The translations under genes and the position numbers were made by a program. The notes below the pieces were generated by a model. The model was not told the origin of the DNA. It searched no databases and was given only the letters and a program-made list of their open reading frames with translations. DNA of 59,397 nucleotides, the filler included, from Sphacelaria rigidula (Eukaryota): NCBI GenBank assembly GCA_964200075.2. It is 4 parts of 4 records of this genome, joined end to end, with 100 filler letters (N's around TTAATTAATTAA, not from the genome) between each part and the next. Parts side by side here need not be neighbours in the genome. Positions count along the whole stretch, not along the records: positions 29,753 to 44,526 come from CAXNAA020002054.1; positions 44,627 to 59,397 come from CAXNAA020002055.1; 2 more parts are not named here. One strand, given 5' to 3'. Shown here piece by piece: positions 36,015 to 48,600 of the stretch. Position 1 is the stretch's first letter; every line of letters starts with the position of its first letter.

Positions 36015-37397
36015 CAACGAAGAGAGAGCACGGGTGGTCCTGTGTCCTCAAGTCTGCATCAAATATGCAGTATTCTGATAACAATTATGACCAGCGTCAC
36101 GCCATGATGTTTGCCTGCGTTATACACTGCTCATCAAACACAATGGCATGGGGTCCTCTGCTGAGTGAGGCGTGCCAGGGGCAGGTGCCGAGATTTTACG
36201 CTTCGAGTATAAGCTCTGACTTGTGGCCAGGTTTTTTTCCGGATGCGGTTCGTGATGTTGACGGGTTGGTGATTTGTAGTCTGCAGCCCGTCATTCCCGT
36301 CTGTGGTGTGTGATCGTAAGGAAGAAGAAGTGCCCTTTGTAGTGAGTGACTCTGTCCCATCGTCTGAAGAAGACCATTTTATAGCTGACCCCGTGGGGCA
36401 CTGCTGTGCATGTGCAGTAGTTGTTGTCGCACGTGATGTGCCTATTAATAGCGTCATGATTGACAACACGGCTGCATTTATTGTGGTAATTTACATGAGT
36501 GATCATGGTGGATTTTGTCCCCTTTTGTAGCAGTCAGTGCTATGCAGGTTGCCTTTTGCGTTGTTTGTGCTGTAGGACCACCGCTGTCACGCGAAAGGTG
36601 TACACTATGTAGTGCCCTCCGTTCTTGTTTCAGGGCGGAGGAGCATCCGTAACTTGGACGTTCTCTTCAAAATATGTTTTGTGTCTTGTGTGAAAAGTCT
36701 GATTGTCCTTGACTGACGCTTCTGAGAAATCCCCACCTTCCTGTGGTGTTAGCCGCGTCAACTCCCTCTTTCATGAACCTTTTCGTGCGTTGTTCGACGG
36801 GAAGAGCTTTGAAGAAGAGGTGACGTTTTTCGTCGGCTGGCGATGAGATTATTTATGTATCTTCTTCTCAGGTCTCTAGCGTGGGTTAGGCTGCCAAGCG
36901 AACATCCTCCGCCAAAGACTCACCCGTGAGTTTGTGGAGTCTGCTCGCTAGTCACCCACTAGTGTTACAAAGTTATCGTGGGATTGAGAGTCTCGCGTTT
37001 ACTGACAATTTATTATCCGCTCTAACTCGACCAATTCTTCATCTTGTGTGTGCCTTTCTCTGCCACCGTCACATGCCTACAGCTACACCTCGATGTCCTA
37101 CTCAAGGATATCAAAGGCTTCATGGCGAGCTACAGGAAGCGTATATAAGCCCCGAAGGGGCGTTATGGAACCAAAATTATTTCATTCGTTGATTGACCGC
37201 TTCGCACTCTCAATCGCATCTCTCCTAGGCACTCAACTCACGAAAACGTTTTTGTGATACGCACCAAATTCACCAGTTTTTTGTTGCCCGCCTTAGACCA
37301 TCTTTTATGGCAACGAATCTCGATTTCTTTTGAGACCCCTTCAAAATCGAGTAAGTGAAATTCGCAAACTCGAAATCGGGGGGACCGTTTTATGGTA

Positions 37398-38274
37398 CAG
37401 ACAACAGTATCACAGATTTGTGAAACAGTTCAAACGTCGGACGAGAACGAGTATGACTCGTGGCACTCACACTTGTTGGGCTGCTCGTTGGCCGAAAACA
37501 ATATAAGGCGACTATTCGAGTCATAGCTCGTTGTGGAAAAAAATAATAGGGCGAGCACCGGAGTCATTGCTGGCTGTTGAAAAAACTAGTAGGGCGAGCA
37601 CTCGAGCATTTGCTCGTTGTTGAAACAATTAAAGGGGCGTGCAGTCGAGTCATTGCTCGTTGTGGAAACAAGTATTGGGGCAACTACTCGAGTCACTGCC
37701 CGTGGTGGAGAAGACAATAACTCGAGCACACCAGTGATTGCTCGTGATGAACAACTTCAGTGGAGGAGCCACCAATCCAACGAGCAAATAATAATTGTCA
37801 TGAGCTTTTCGACGATCTTGAACCTAGACGCTCAAAGTTCATTTTCATATCTGCACATACATATACAAGCGTCAAATTACAAAGCTCGTTTTTCATTTTA
37901 TCCAAGCACCCCCCCCACCTCCACCCCTACACAAATACACACACGGGGATCAGAGTTCTACTAAAGCAGCGGAGAGTATCTCTCGAGTAGTACATTTATA
38001 GGGCGAACACTCGAGTCATTGCTCGATGTGGAAAAATGAATGGCTCGGGTACACAAGTCATTGCTCGTTGTGGAAAAATGAATGACTCGAGCACACGAGT
38101 CATTGCTCGTTGTGAAAAAAATGAATGACTCGCGCACTCGAGTCATTGCTCGTTGTAATAAAAAATAATGACTCGAGTACACGAGTCATGCTCGTTTTGT
38201 TTTAAAAAACATCCACGAACTCACTCGTTTCGACGAGTATTATGGTGACTCGTCCGACGTGTGAAAAAGGTCTG
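37398..38274. mobile_element. Non-autonomous TIR element (TA-flanked, Tc1/mariner-like ends) with internal ~42-bp tandem repeats
   Basis: TA|CAGAC...ACGTCGGACGAG at the left end and CTCGTCCGACGT...GTCTG|TA at the right. About 11-12 degenerate units CTCGAGTCATTGCTCGTTGTGGAAAAA-(N) in two blocks (~37480-37750 and ~38000-38195). Confidence 0.65.
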
Positions 38275-39796
38275 TACACTGACGGTCATTTTCTGCATGA
38301 GTATGGTACTGCCTTCTCGTGCATGAAGCCGAAGAGAAGGCAGGTGGTGAAAAGTCCTTCGAGTACGGTGTCGTACCTTGGTACCCTAGGGTAATACAGT
38401 GCAGGACACTCAATCAGTACAACACTACATGATAATGCTCTGCGGTAATGAGTGATGGCACGGTCGGTATTGCGAGAACAATGAACAGTGGGCGAGCAGA
38501 GTTCAGTGGTGCAGTGCCATACATCACCTTGCAAGTACAGCAGCAACAACAGACGAGGAGAATACAGTACCGTTCACTACAATTATAGTGATAAATCTGG
38601 CAGCGGAGCGCAGCACAAAATATTACCATCGCCGCAAAGTACTGCGTCAGCACTTATTATCCGCTTGTCGAACCCCGTGCGAAGCTGCTTCAGCAGCTGG
38701 CGCGGGCAGGCACGCCCTGTGCTGTCGCGAGACTGTCTTCTGCTGCGGTTGCAAAAGTATCAAGCGTATCGTACCCTACCATTGTACGTCACTCCGTGTA
38801 CGTCACCTCCTCAAAATGGGGGGGGGTCAAGATCTCGGAACGACTTTCCTCAACATCTCGGGAAAATGAGGGCAAACCGTTCTGAGCTCGCGGCATCCCG
38901 AAATTTTCCTCCCCCACATTGGGGTCCATGAAGTACGTTCTCGATGCTTTCCCGCCAATGTTCGAAAAAATCGAGATTGATTGGTGACTGGCATAAATTA
39001 AAGCGGGTCTTACTTTTAGGCATTCTTCGTTTTTCCGCCACGTCGGTGAGAACCGGGATTCGAACCCCGGACCTGTTCATGAAGCATTCAAAGTCACATC
39101 AGGCATCGCCAATGTGAAGACATATATTTTTTCTCGGACTTTCCCAGTAATTTTGGTTATCTTCGTTGTGGTGATATCCGCTCTTGAACCTTTTTTTCGA
39201 GGGGCGTTCAGCAGGTGAAATATATGCGGAGAATCGTGTTTTCGTTTAATCTTGAATCCAATTAAATGAGTAGTCAGCTGGTACGCCTGTCTTCGCTATG
39301 TACTGCTAGGGATGAACCCGTAACAATTCATCGTGGAAAGTCGGACTATCCTCCTCTAGATCCTGCCTTTCTTTGCCGCAGGATCAAGAACACTCCGTAC
39401 GACGGAAACAACACGTGTCTCGTATGGGTCAGGTAATACATATACAATTTTACAGCTTTCCCGTGAGATGCATTACAGATTTTTCAAGACAGCTACTCGT
39501 AGAATAATAAGGAAATTATTCGCCTCCGCGGTCGGGTACCAGTACGGAACACCACAGCCAGAATTGCGCGCGGGTATCGTCAACGCCGCATGGCTGTATG
39601 TTAATACCCGCGGACTGATTCTGGATGGCACATCATTGTGAGTGAAATACGTTGCCGTAACCTGAAATTTGAACAACCCGTAGTCGCCCAATTATCTACA
39701 GGTCGAGCAAACATTGACATACCCGTCCGCGAGGTGTTCACAATGACTGTTGTCGGAAGGGTTGGACAAGGCCCGAGTGTTTCCATTCCAGACTCA

Positions 39797-40034
39797 TGCC
39801 GAGATAGCCCCCCCACAAAAAGTGCACGTGTTACGGTGCGACAAAACGGCTGCGATCCCACCATTGGGCTCGTTTCCAGCAAATTCGCCCACATGAGAGG
39901 CGTGGAGCACTTCGAAATTGGCTATTACGCCCAAATAAGTCGCGTCGTGCAGCACGAAACCAGCTTTAGCGGCATTTATGATCATCGCCTGCGTGCACTT
40001 CTTCGGCCGGTTCGGGGGGGGGGCTATCTCGGCA
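39797..40034. mobile_element. MITE (~238 bp)
   Basis: TIR TGCCGAGATAGCCCCCCC / GGGGGGGCTATCTCGGCA plus subterminal AAGTGCACG / CGTGCACTT. Confidence 0.6.
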
Positions 40035-40633
40035 GCAGTCTCCACAGGTTACTCAGGGTGCCAAAGGTTTGTAGACGTTGTACCGCGGATTGGGTGCGGT
40101 TTTTCAGAGGCTTGAGGCAAACAACAGGCGCTGCCAAACTCCCGCAAGATACTCCTCTTTGTCGACGCACGTTGGACCATGCCAACTATATGAACAAAAG
40201 GCGAAATTTCTACAATTCCAAGCTCGCAGCCCTAAATGCGTCGTTGCTCGTGTATATTCCTCTTATAGTTGTCTTGATAGCAAGAAAGTGCGCTCGGACC
40301 AACTTTCCACTTTGCCGAACGAGGCGAAAAAGTCCACTGCGAGGAAAGTAAAGCACCGATGTCGGCTCTGCGGCAACTACAGAAAAAAACCACGCTCGTT
40401 GAAAGCTTACGAGGACCCCTCACCCTGTCAGCCCCCCCAAAGCACGCTCATCAAGGGCTTTTTACATCACCGTGCTGCCCTTCGGCGCCTCCCTTCCAAT
40501 CGCATGTGCATCTTCTCCGGAATCAGTCCGCACTAAGTTTTACCCCTCAAATACATGCCCCGGTGGTGCACCCATCGTAGAATAATTTCACACAGGGATG
40601 CATGCACCACGGAATCGAGTAGGAGGTGGATCG

Positions 40634-43600
40634 TCAACATTTTCGCGGAGCAGCGGCAGAACCTTTGAAGCGGAACTTATTAAACCAGCTCGTCGTCGCC
40701 AAGGCAGATATGGATTGGGCGTTATCGCCGTTGTCATCAGTACCTTTAGCCCCCGACAAAGACTCAATAGTGCCAGTACCAGAAGAAGAATCAGAGAAGT
40801 TCGACGACGCTGACATCGTGTGCGACAATTTATGATCATTACCGCCACCCCCCCCCGTCCTTGCTTTCCTTGCTTCCCTGCCTTCCCCCTCACCAGCGTC
40901 TGTCTCCCTGTCTCGCTTTTCGCCGACACTCCCCCGTTGCACCCCCGTCCCCACACGTTGGTGAAACGCCACCCGTTCGGGTGTGGTGGCCCGGGGTTGA
41001 CTCCAGCAGCGGTATATATTTAGCTCGTTGAGATCGTGTTCGTCATCACAACTATCATCGTCATCATCGTCACTATCACGTTCCGCATCAAATGTGGAAG
41101 GTTTCTCTTGTGCACGGTCGACATCCGTGGCGAAACGGGCCCCACGGTGGCCGCTTACGGTAATGCCGCCGTCCTTGCTGGCGATCGAGGATAGTCTAGT
41201 AGCAGCAGCAGCAGCAGCAGCATTTGCGCTATCGCGCGGTTGACGCCGCTGCAGTAGTCGAGTGTTGAGGGGTGTACGAGGAAGCGTGGGCGACGCGGGT
41301 TGTTCCCCATCGTAATCACCTTCAGATTTTTTCATGCCTGCCTTTTCTGATTCTACCGCTGACGGCGCCGTGTTCCGCCACTCGAACTCCGTCTCCTCCT
41401 GTTCCTCATCGACATCACTCGAGTCACCGGAGTCTTTGTGGTCTCCACATCGTGGGCTTTCCGCATCAGCGCGAGCATCTCCATCGCCAGCTTTGCCGAT
41501 GCTACTGCTTTTGGATCGGGCCGTACCATATCCTTCAACTCGTTCTGAATTTCGCTCTGCGGACAGCTTGACAGAAGGCGATTCCGCCATCCATTCCTCC
41601 TCGCTGTCACTATCACTGATCCCGCAGCTACCGTCCCCTAGCGAAGATCTCCTCCTCAGCCTGGGCCTCAAGATCCCACGGACGCTCCCGCTTGCACTGC
41701 CACCACTATGGATCCTGCGGGTACTGGCAGTGACGCACTCGGCAGCAGAACTCTTCGATTCACTATCACAATCGGTATCATTATCGTCGTTGTTGTCATC
41801 TTCGGCAGAACCGCGCTGTGGGCACGTGCGGACAGCGGTGGCAAAATTGCTACGGATCCTCCCATTACACCCAGACCTATCTGCACTTGCGCGCTCAGCC
41901 GCGATCTCGGCGCGAGCGGCAGCGGCGGCGCAGCTCGACTGTTGTTCCTGCCCTCGCGATCTATGCGGGGCGGCGGTTCCTACTCGTGTTCCACTCGAAT
42001 TACCAATGTAACGACAAGTTTGTGCAACGTGCACTCGGCGAGGGATCCACTGCCCCGGTTCTCCCGCAAGAACCCGACCATGGCCAGCTCCTGCACGCCC
42101 AATGGTCGTTCGTGGCCTTTGCGGTACGGAACGTCCGGGCAAAGAACGCTCCCAACGGCCACGACTATTATCGGTACCAGCCGAGTTCCTTGTTCCTGAA
42201 TTCCGATGACGGCTCGCTCCGGACACAAATAGCGTTTCTGCCGCCGCAAGACTGCTCACCTCCCCGTCACCGGCCGGAGTGAACCATTCTGTGCCCATCT
42301 GCTGCTCATCTTGGGAGTCATTCAAATCGTCATCCGCAGTGATGGTGGTCCTCCTTGCCCGTCTCCCGATGGCGCTTTGCACGTTGGAGTGTGCGTTCGC
42401 AAGCGATCTGAGAGCGGGTCGTCTTCGCTGGAGACGGCGACATGGACTACTGCTACTACCGGCGACTCCTCTCCGCAAACGAGACATCGCCTCCTCGCTG
42501 CCCTCATCCCCAAAACGTTCAGTGTCCCTGGAAAATCTGCCGCTGCTAGTGCCGGAGGCACCACGTTGCTCACTCCTCCGACCCACAGGCGACGGCGAAT
42601 TCACAGTAGAGGCCGACGCTGCGGTGGCAGTGGTACTGCGGCGCGAAAGTGCCGGAGTAGAGCCAGTGAACGCCGCAGGCAAGCGTGATCGCGGAGGGGG
42701 GCGGCGACGAGGCCTCAGCGGTGATCCTCCGACAACACGAGCTGCGCCGACATTCAGTCACAGGTGTGTGTGTGTGCGCGCGCATGATCAGCCGGGAGGA
42801 AGGGCAGCGGCGCCAGGTGGCGACAAGGAGGGGAAGAGCGGGGGGAGTGAGGGCATAAGGTGTACATATCAAATATATTGCGCGGCATGCCCAGCTTCTG
42901 TAAGACCGAATGTATCAATAATGAAAACTCTACAAAACAACGAGGAGACGAAGAGCGATATCACCACGTCGGCAAATCGAGCTGCCAACAGACAACAGGA
43001 AAATTTTGAACACAACAGGAATGTTTCGGGAAGGCGCGCGGACTCGCGCACCTCGCTGCGTAGGCGTGTGGTCGACGGAATTTCGCCCGTAAATGGATTC
43101 ATCGCATCGCGACAAGAACCCCCCCCCCCCCCGACAAACCTGCTTCTCGCTGCAGCTGGCGCAGCTCGTCCGGCAAAATCTCTTCTCCCCGCAGAGGCCC
43201 CAAACCGATCGTCCCCATCGCCTCGCTCACTGTCGCCGCCCGCCTGCCCGTGGGTCTCCTTCCGAACCCTGTTTGCGCGGAAAAATAAACCTCCTCTTCT
43301 TCCTCGTCCAATCCTGGAGCAAATGCATCGAGAAGTCCACTGTGGCGGTGGCCTGGAGTAGATCCACTGTTGTTGGTTCTTGTCGAGGTTCTTGACCCGA
43401 CAGCAGCAGCAGCAGCAACGGCACGTCGGGTTCGCCCTGCCGTCGCCGCGACCGAAGGCTCCTCCCACTCCTCATCGCTTCCGGAAGATGACTCGTCCTC
43501 CCCTTCCATTTCGACCTCGTCATCATCGACCACGAAGTCATCCATCACGTAGCCGTGTGCTGGCATGTCCTGGCGTCTTCTCTGTCCGGTCCCACTCTCT

Positions 43601-43794
43601 AATAATGGACCTGCATCCTCTAGGTCGCTATCTCCGATAGCGCTTCCTTCGCCTTCTTGCTCTGCTAGTTCGGCTGCCAGGTGCTCATCTGCCGATTCGT
43701 TGTCCACTATCGGGTCTTTATTTTCCACCTTCGGATTTTTACACACGGAATGGACTAGAAGGTGAAAACGTTCATCATGTGCATGGGATCTCGC
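40634..43794 (-). CDS. Hypothetical low-complexity (S/R/G/D/E-rich) protein, last two exons; 5' part not resolved
   Basis: Exons 43794-43140 (CAG|...GCAG|GTTTGT, phase 1 out) and 42741-40634 (CAG|, phase 1 in, ends TGA) join in frame (~920 aa). Contains GYVMDDFVVDDDEVE, an acidic DDFVV motif common in nuclear proteins. No recognisable globular domain. Confidence 0.7.
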
Positions 43795-44476
43795 CTGAGA
43801 GTTACATCAACGATCTCTTCAACCAGGGTGCAGAGCATGGTCGCACGAAGTAAGTTCGCCGTAGAGGAGAAAGCCAGTAAATTCTATGGGCGAACACGCA
43901 CTCAACAATAGTCACAACGCTGCGCAGCACGATTGTTAGGACCTTGCTTATAAGCTATGCATGCTTGTATATGAGCACACGCGGTGCGCAAAGTAGCACA
44001 TGCTCCCCGACGAACAATGACCAATAAATACATGGAATGCTGGGGACCGCAGTTTTTTAGCCCTGCAAAAAATCTTCACAACGTACAGGAGTAACACAGG
44101 TTCCACAGCGTGTCGATAACACCACACATCACAAATAGCATGCACATGAGATCACAGCGTAGCAGCCTGTGCAGCAGGAAGTCGTAGCTAGAGGGAATAC
44201 CCATAAGTCTGACCGCAAGAAACGACAACGAGGAGGCGAAATATACCCTTGAGGTCGGTCCTTGCGATCCAAGAACATTTTCTTCAGTAACGGGTTGTTT
44301 GATTCGATATGGGATGTTCTTGTATTTTTCTCAGTTTTCAGTCGTTTTGGGTTCGAACCACCTCCACACGACCACACTCATTGAAAATTCGTAGGGCTGT
44401 GAACTGGACCAGTTTACACTGGCGATTGAACTGGAACTGGTGATGAGGACTTCAGTTTATCCAGTTTACTTGAAGT

Positions 44477-44526
44477 CGCCCCGGTGGCTCAGTTGGTAAC
44501 CTCGTAACCTTCTGATGGTTGAGTAG
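44477..44526 (+). mobile_element. SINE family A head, truncated by contig end
   Basis: GCCCCGGTGGCTCAGTTGGTAACCTCGTAACCTTCTGATGGTTG matches 18068-18115. Confidence 0.6.
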
Positions 44527-44626
44527 NNNNNNNNNNNNNNNNNNNNNNNNNNNNNNNNNNNNNNNNNNNNTTAATTAATTAANNNNNNNNNNNNNNNNNN
44601 NNNNNNNNNNNNNNNNNNNNNNNNNN
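44527..44626. other. Artificial contig linker N44-TTAATTAATTAA-N44
   Basis: Identical to the other two linkers. Confidence 0.97.
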
Positions 44627-45149
44627 GACGTTTCAAGATCAGCTGCTGCTGCTGACGGCCTTCATCCGGTTAGTTCCGTTGCCCTTAGGAGGCGACAACA
44701 CACACCTCCTGATACACGGGGCGAGCAAGTCATGATGTCGGCTATTTTCCGGAACCCACGTGCCAAGGACGGAATACGATAGAACTCTTTAAACGGTAAC
44801 CACTGCGAAAACGTACTTCCAACAACGGCAGAAGGAAAACGAAAAAGGGGGGAGGTTTCACACAGTTTCCTGCTCTGGCTCAAAACAAATCCGGTGGAGA
44901 AGAGGTGGGGGAGGGGGCGATCCATGAAAAACAGCGTCTCAAGTGTGTCACACGACCTAGCTAATCACGGTGCGTTTGTATTTGGCTGAAAAACGGTGTC
45001 ATCAGTGGAATGAATGAGTGTGTCTTATCGGCAGCAAGCGAGTTTAAACAAACGTTTCTGCCTTCAACGAGGATTTTGAGGTGGAATTTCGGGGAATAAA
45101 AGACCCAAGATACCCCTCTTACTCCCCCCCCCCTCCCCCCTCAGCCTCA

Positions 45150-45550
45150 GCCTGGTCCGGCGAGAACCCGGCGTGCTCCGCCCCGGCTTTGTAGGGGCGG
45201 ACCTCCGATGGGGTTGGCGTCGGTTGGCGATGACGCTATTAAACACGCCACTCACCGCGTAAGCTAGGCGACCAGGTTACCGACTTTGTTTGGGGCGCTT
45301 ACGTTTTTTTTGCGGTGACCATGATGGTAGTCGAGCTATTATAGACCATGTTGTGCGGCGTGGGAGAACCTCAACTCTGCACAATGAGAATGATCGTACT
45401 ACGTAGTATTTGAATGGTGAGACACCCATGAGGCATTGTATAAGCCGTAGCTGTCTCTGGAAATGGCGATACCAGAAATTGAAGCAACTCATTGTTCTTA
45501 TAACCATGGCATGCATGGTCATGAGTACCCCCTCCCCCCTCCCCCCTCCC
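45150..45550 (+). mobile_element. Repeat family C (LINE-like 3' end) with C-rich tail
   Basis: CCCGGCGTGCTCCGCCCCGGCTTTGTAGGGGCGGACCTCC...AAACACGCCACTCACCGC...GGTGAGACACCCATGAGGC...CATGAGTACCCC; an inverted copy is at 52730-53090. Confidence 0.7.
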
Positions 45551-45626
45551 CCGAAAACAAAATATTAGCCAAAAACAGTCAAACACAGCATGAAATTCAA
45601 CACGGAACGAAGACAACCGAACTCAC

Positions 45627-48600
45627 CAACCCAGCTGCGATCGCCGCTGTATCTCTGAACCTGCCCAATCGCCTCTCCGGCCGCGATTTCTCATCTACGG
45701 CGCCCACCGTAGCGTCTGGAACACTACCGCTGCGCCCCACCGCAACTTCTGCCGATGCGGCACCCTCGCCACCCCCTCCCCCGCCCACCAAACGCGCTCC
45801 ACCATCCCCAGTGAGCCCACCCCTGGCAACCGCACGGGACCCACCAGCGGCGCTACCTCTTCCGGTCGAACGTCTCGATCCTTGATGGGTCGACTGCGAC
45901 AGACGGCGACTCGACGTTCGATCGGCAGAACCACTTCTTCTCCGTTGAGCCGTTTCCTCTCGCTTATACCGCCCCTCACCGGACTCCGGGCTACTGTGAT
46001 GTGGCAGGAGAGGAGGAGACCCCATCTTGGGCGCCGAAGGCGATCCGTGGCGCGGCGGGGAAGGCGGAGGCGGTTGAGCACTTCCGCGAGGAATAGGCTG
46101 ATATGGAGAACCCGACTGTTGCTGTCCCGTACGATTGCGGATCAGGCTGGGACTTGTGCCGCGGCTAGCGGACGTTCTGTCGGAGGTGCCGCTTCGCCCT
46201 GTCTCACGGGAGGCCACCCTTGTTCCGAACGCTACATCGGGTGGTGGGCGGTGTCGCCGTTCCGAATTTCGCCGCGTTACCGCCGGTGACGCTCGATCCT
46301 GGGGGCTGTCATCGCTAACAACATGACGCGCCGGACTAGCGTCGGTGCTAACTCTAGGAGCGCTCTTTTTTGCCCCGCGTCCCACCCCCACCAAGTGCCG
46401 AGCACCTGCCCACACACTCGACGCCCCGGGTGTGCTGCTCGACTTGATCACCCCGCCCACTCCTCCTCTTCCTCTACCGCCACCGACACTCGGGTTCGCG
46501 TTACCACCATCACCATTCGCACTGCTGCTGGACCGCCGGGATCTCGCGGGCTGACTACCGCCGACCCGCCTCGTGTGCCTCGGCCCAGCCGCCCCCACAC
46601 TACCACCTCCGTGCCCACGGCCACCTATCCCCTCGCTGCCCCCACCTTTGTCTCCGCTCCTCCGACCACTATCGCCCTCACCAAGCATACCCCTTGAAGA
46701 AGGTGGCGTCGCACTGCCACACATTCGCCGCGTTCGCGGTTTGCCGCCAGCACGGGCGCTGCCGCTATCGCCGGGGCCCGTGCGTCCCCGGGCCCGTATT
46801 GGCGTCGCTTTCGCCTCGGCCACCGCAGTACCAGGCTCCGCGCTAGCGCCTCTCGCCGGGGCCGCAGCCCCGCCCGAGCCAGCTCCCGCTGGACACGCCT
46901 TGGCGACAACAGAGGACGACGTTGATTTTTGTACGGTAGACGTCGGTTTGGGCGGTGTGGCGGAGGCGGAGGATGCTGGCGAGCGTTTTCGATTAACTTG
47001 GTGCCTTGGAGGGTCGTACGGAGAACAAGAAGGTGTCGTCGCCGCCCGCACACCACCTCCGCCACCTCTCGCTCCATCCCCTCCCGTACTCCGTCGGCGC
47101 GGGCGAGCGGGTGTGCTGAACCCAAGCGCCGATCCCCCCGCCGTAGTGTCGTCTACACTAGATGACACGGTACTAACGCCGGCAACACCCTTCCCCTTCA
47201 GAAGAGGACTCCCGCTTGGGGAGGAGGTATGGTTGCCGCCAGAACCGGCGGGTCGTCGGCGAGTGCGTGCGAACGAAGAGGGGGAGACGGGTTTTTTTGC
47301 GGCGGCCGACGCGATGCCTGGTCGCCGGAGGAGACGCGCCGCACCTTCTCGCTTCGCTCTCGAGTATCCCTGTTGTTTGGGAGCGGAGTAGGGTCAAGAG
47401 TGTACGTTGAGCGCGGGGGGCAGGGAATGCATGAGTGCACGTGCTTCAAAAACACATGAATCGCCAACAGATCATTATGGTTATAGGGAATAGTTGATAC
47501 CGTGCGGGAGTGCTGACCCAGTCCGCGAGAGCAAAATGCAAGCCGTGTACCGGGGAGAGATAATTTGGTCCCTTGAGATCACGAAGTCGTCCGGAAGAGG
47601 GGGGGGCGGGGGTTAGAGTGTGACGAAAAAACACACCCTGGACAACGGATCACATTGTCAAAAAATGTACTGCGTACAGTGTGTAATCTATTGTCTATTG
47701 CAGTAGACGAAATAGTCGATACCGTACGCAGTACATTTTTTTTTACGATGTAATAATCCATTGTCTAGGGTGTGCACAAAAACAGGTGATGGACTTCAAA
47801 CACATGAGAGACATCCCATCCCAACGCATCAACATAAATATTTCAAAGTGATGAAACACTTTTCGCATTTCTCCAGGTGTTGAGTGGTTACATCATGGAT
47901 TATTATTATTATTATTTCCGCACATCAGTCCGATCTCGCGAACCCGTGGTCACAGACGTAGGCTCGTCTTTCCACTATCGTCCCTGCTGTTCCTCACAAG
48001 ACATTTCACCAAAATTAAAAATAAGAAGAGAGACGCCACGAAAACATGGGAAAAGTAGCTCCCCCGCATTCAACGGATAACAACGAAATACTCGAGAAAA
48101 CGGAAGTATCGACACTGAATCGACACGAGAACCGTTCCACCAATCGCTGAGACCAACCACATATAAACATATATATATTATATATATTAACATTATAATA
48201 GCAAAGCACACTGTAAAACGGCAATGTCTGTTATCTGAAGGTGCTGCACTTCATCCGAGTATCCATCGAAAGTGTGCTGGTCGCCCGCGTGGTCAGGCCT
48301 GCTGCGCCATATTGCACGCTGAAAACATTTGTGTGCAGCAGCACGTTTCATGTGAAAACGGCCATTGATTATGCGAGAGTCGTTCTCATTGGAGTAATGG
48401 CGCGATAGCCCCCTCCAAATCAGCCTCAAAACGTTGGCGAAGAAAATTGACCAAGACAAGCAACACATGAGTACGCCTAACCCCCATCTCGTCAGTGATG
48501 CGAGGTCAACGGTCTCATGTCTATGGCATGCATGATGATGTGAGTACCCCCCCCCCCCACCTCGTCTCCTAAAAAGGCCAGCATGGCCTGATTGTGCTCC

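Noticed and set aside
37480..38200. CRISPR array
   Set aside because: Repeats are degenerate, linkers are short (~15 nt) and similar to each other, there are no cas genes, the context is eukaryotic, and the array lies within TIRs.
39473..40536. Transposase or CxC (KDZ-type) zinc-domain gene suggested by Cys pairs
   Set aside because: Frames are broken by stops, part of the signal comes from a MITE at 39797-40034, and no catalytic motif is recognisable.
43099..43140. Frameshift at the C14 homopolymer in the contig-3 hypothetical gene
   Set aside because: A GCAG|GTTTGT donor at 43140/43139 precedes the homopolymer and is in phase with the next exon at 42741, so the run is intronic.
42279..43361. 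360-aa plus-strand ORF and similar antisense ORFs (41334-42011, 46573-47391, 54718-55224, 22171-22833)
   Set aside because: Shadow ORFs antisense to GC-rich, low-complexity exons of minus-strand genes that have consistent splice phases.
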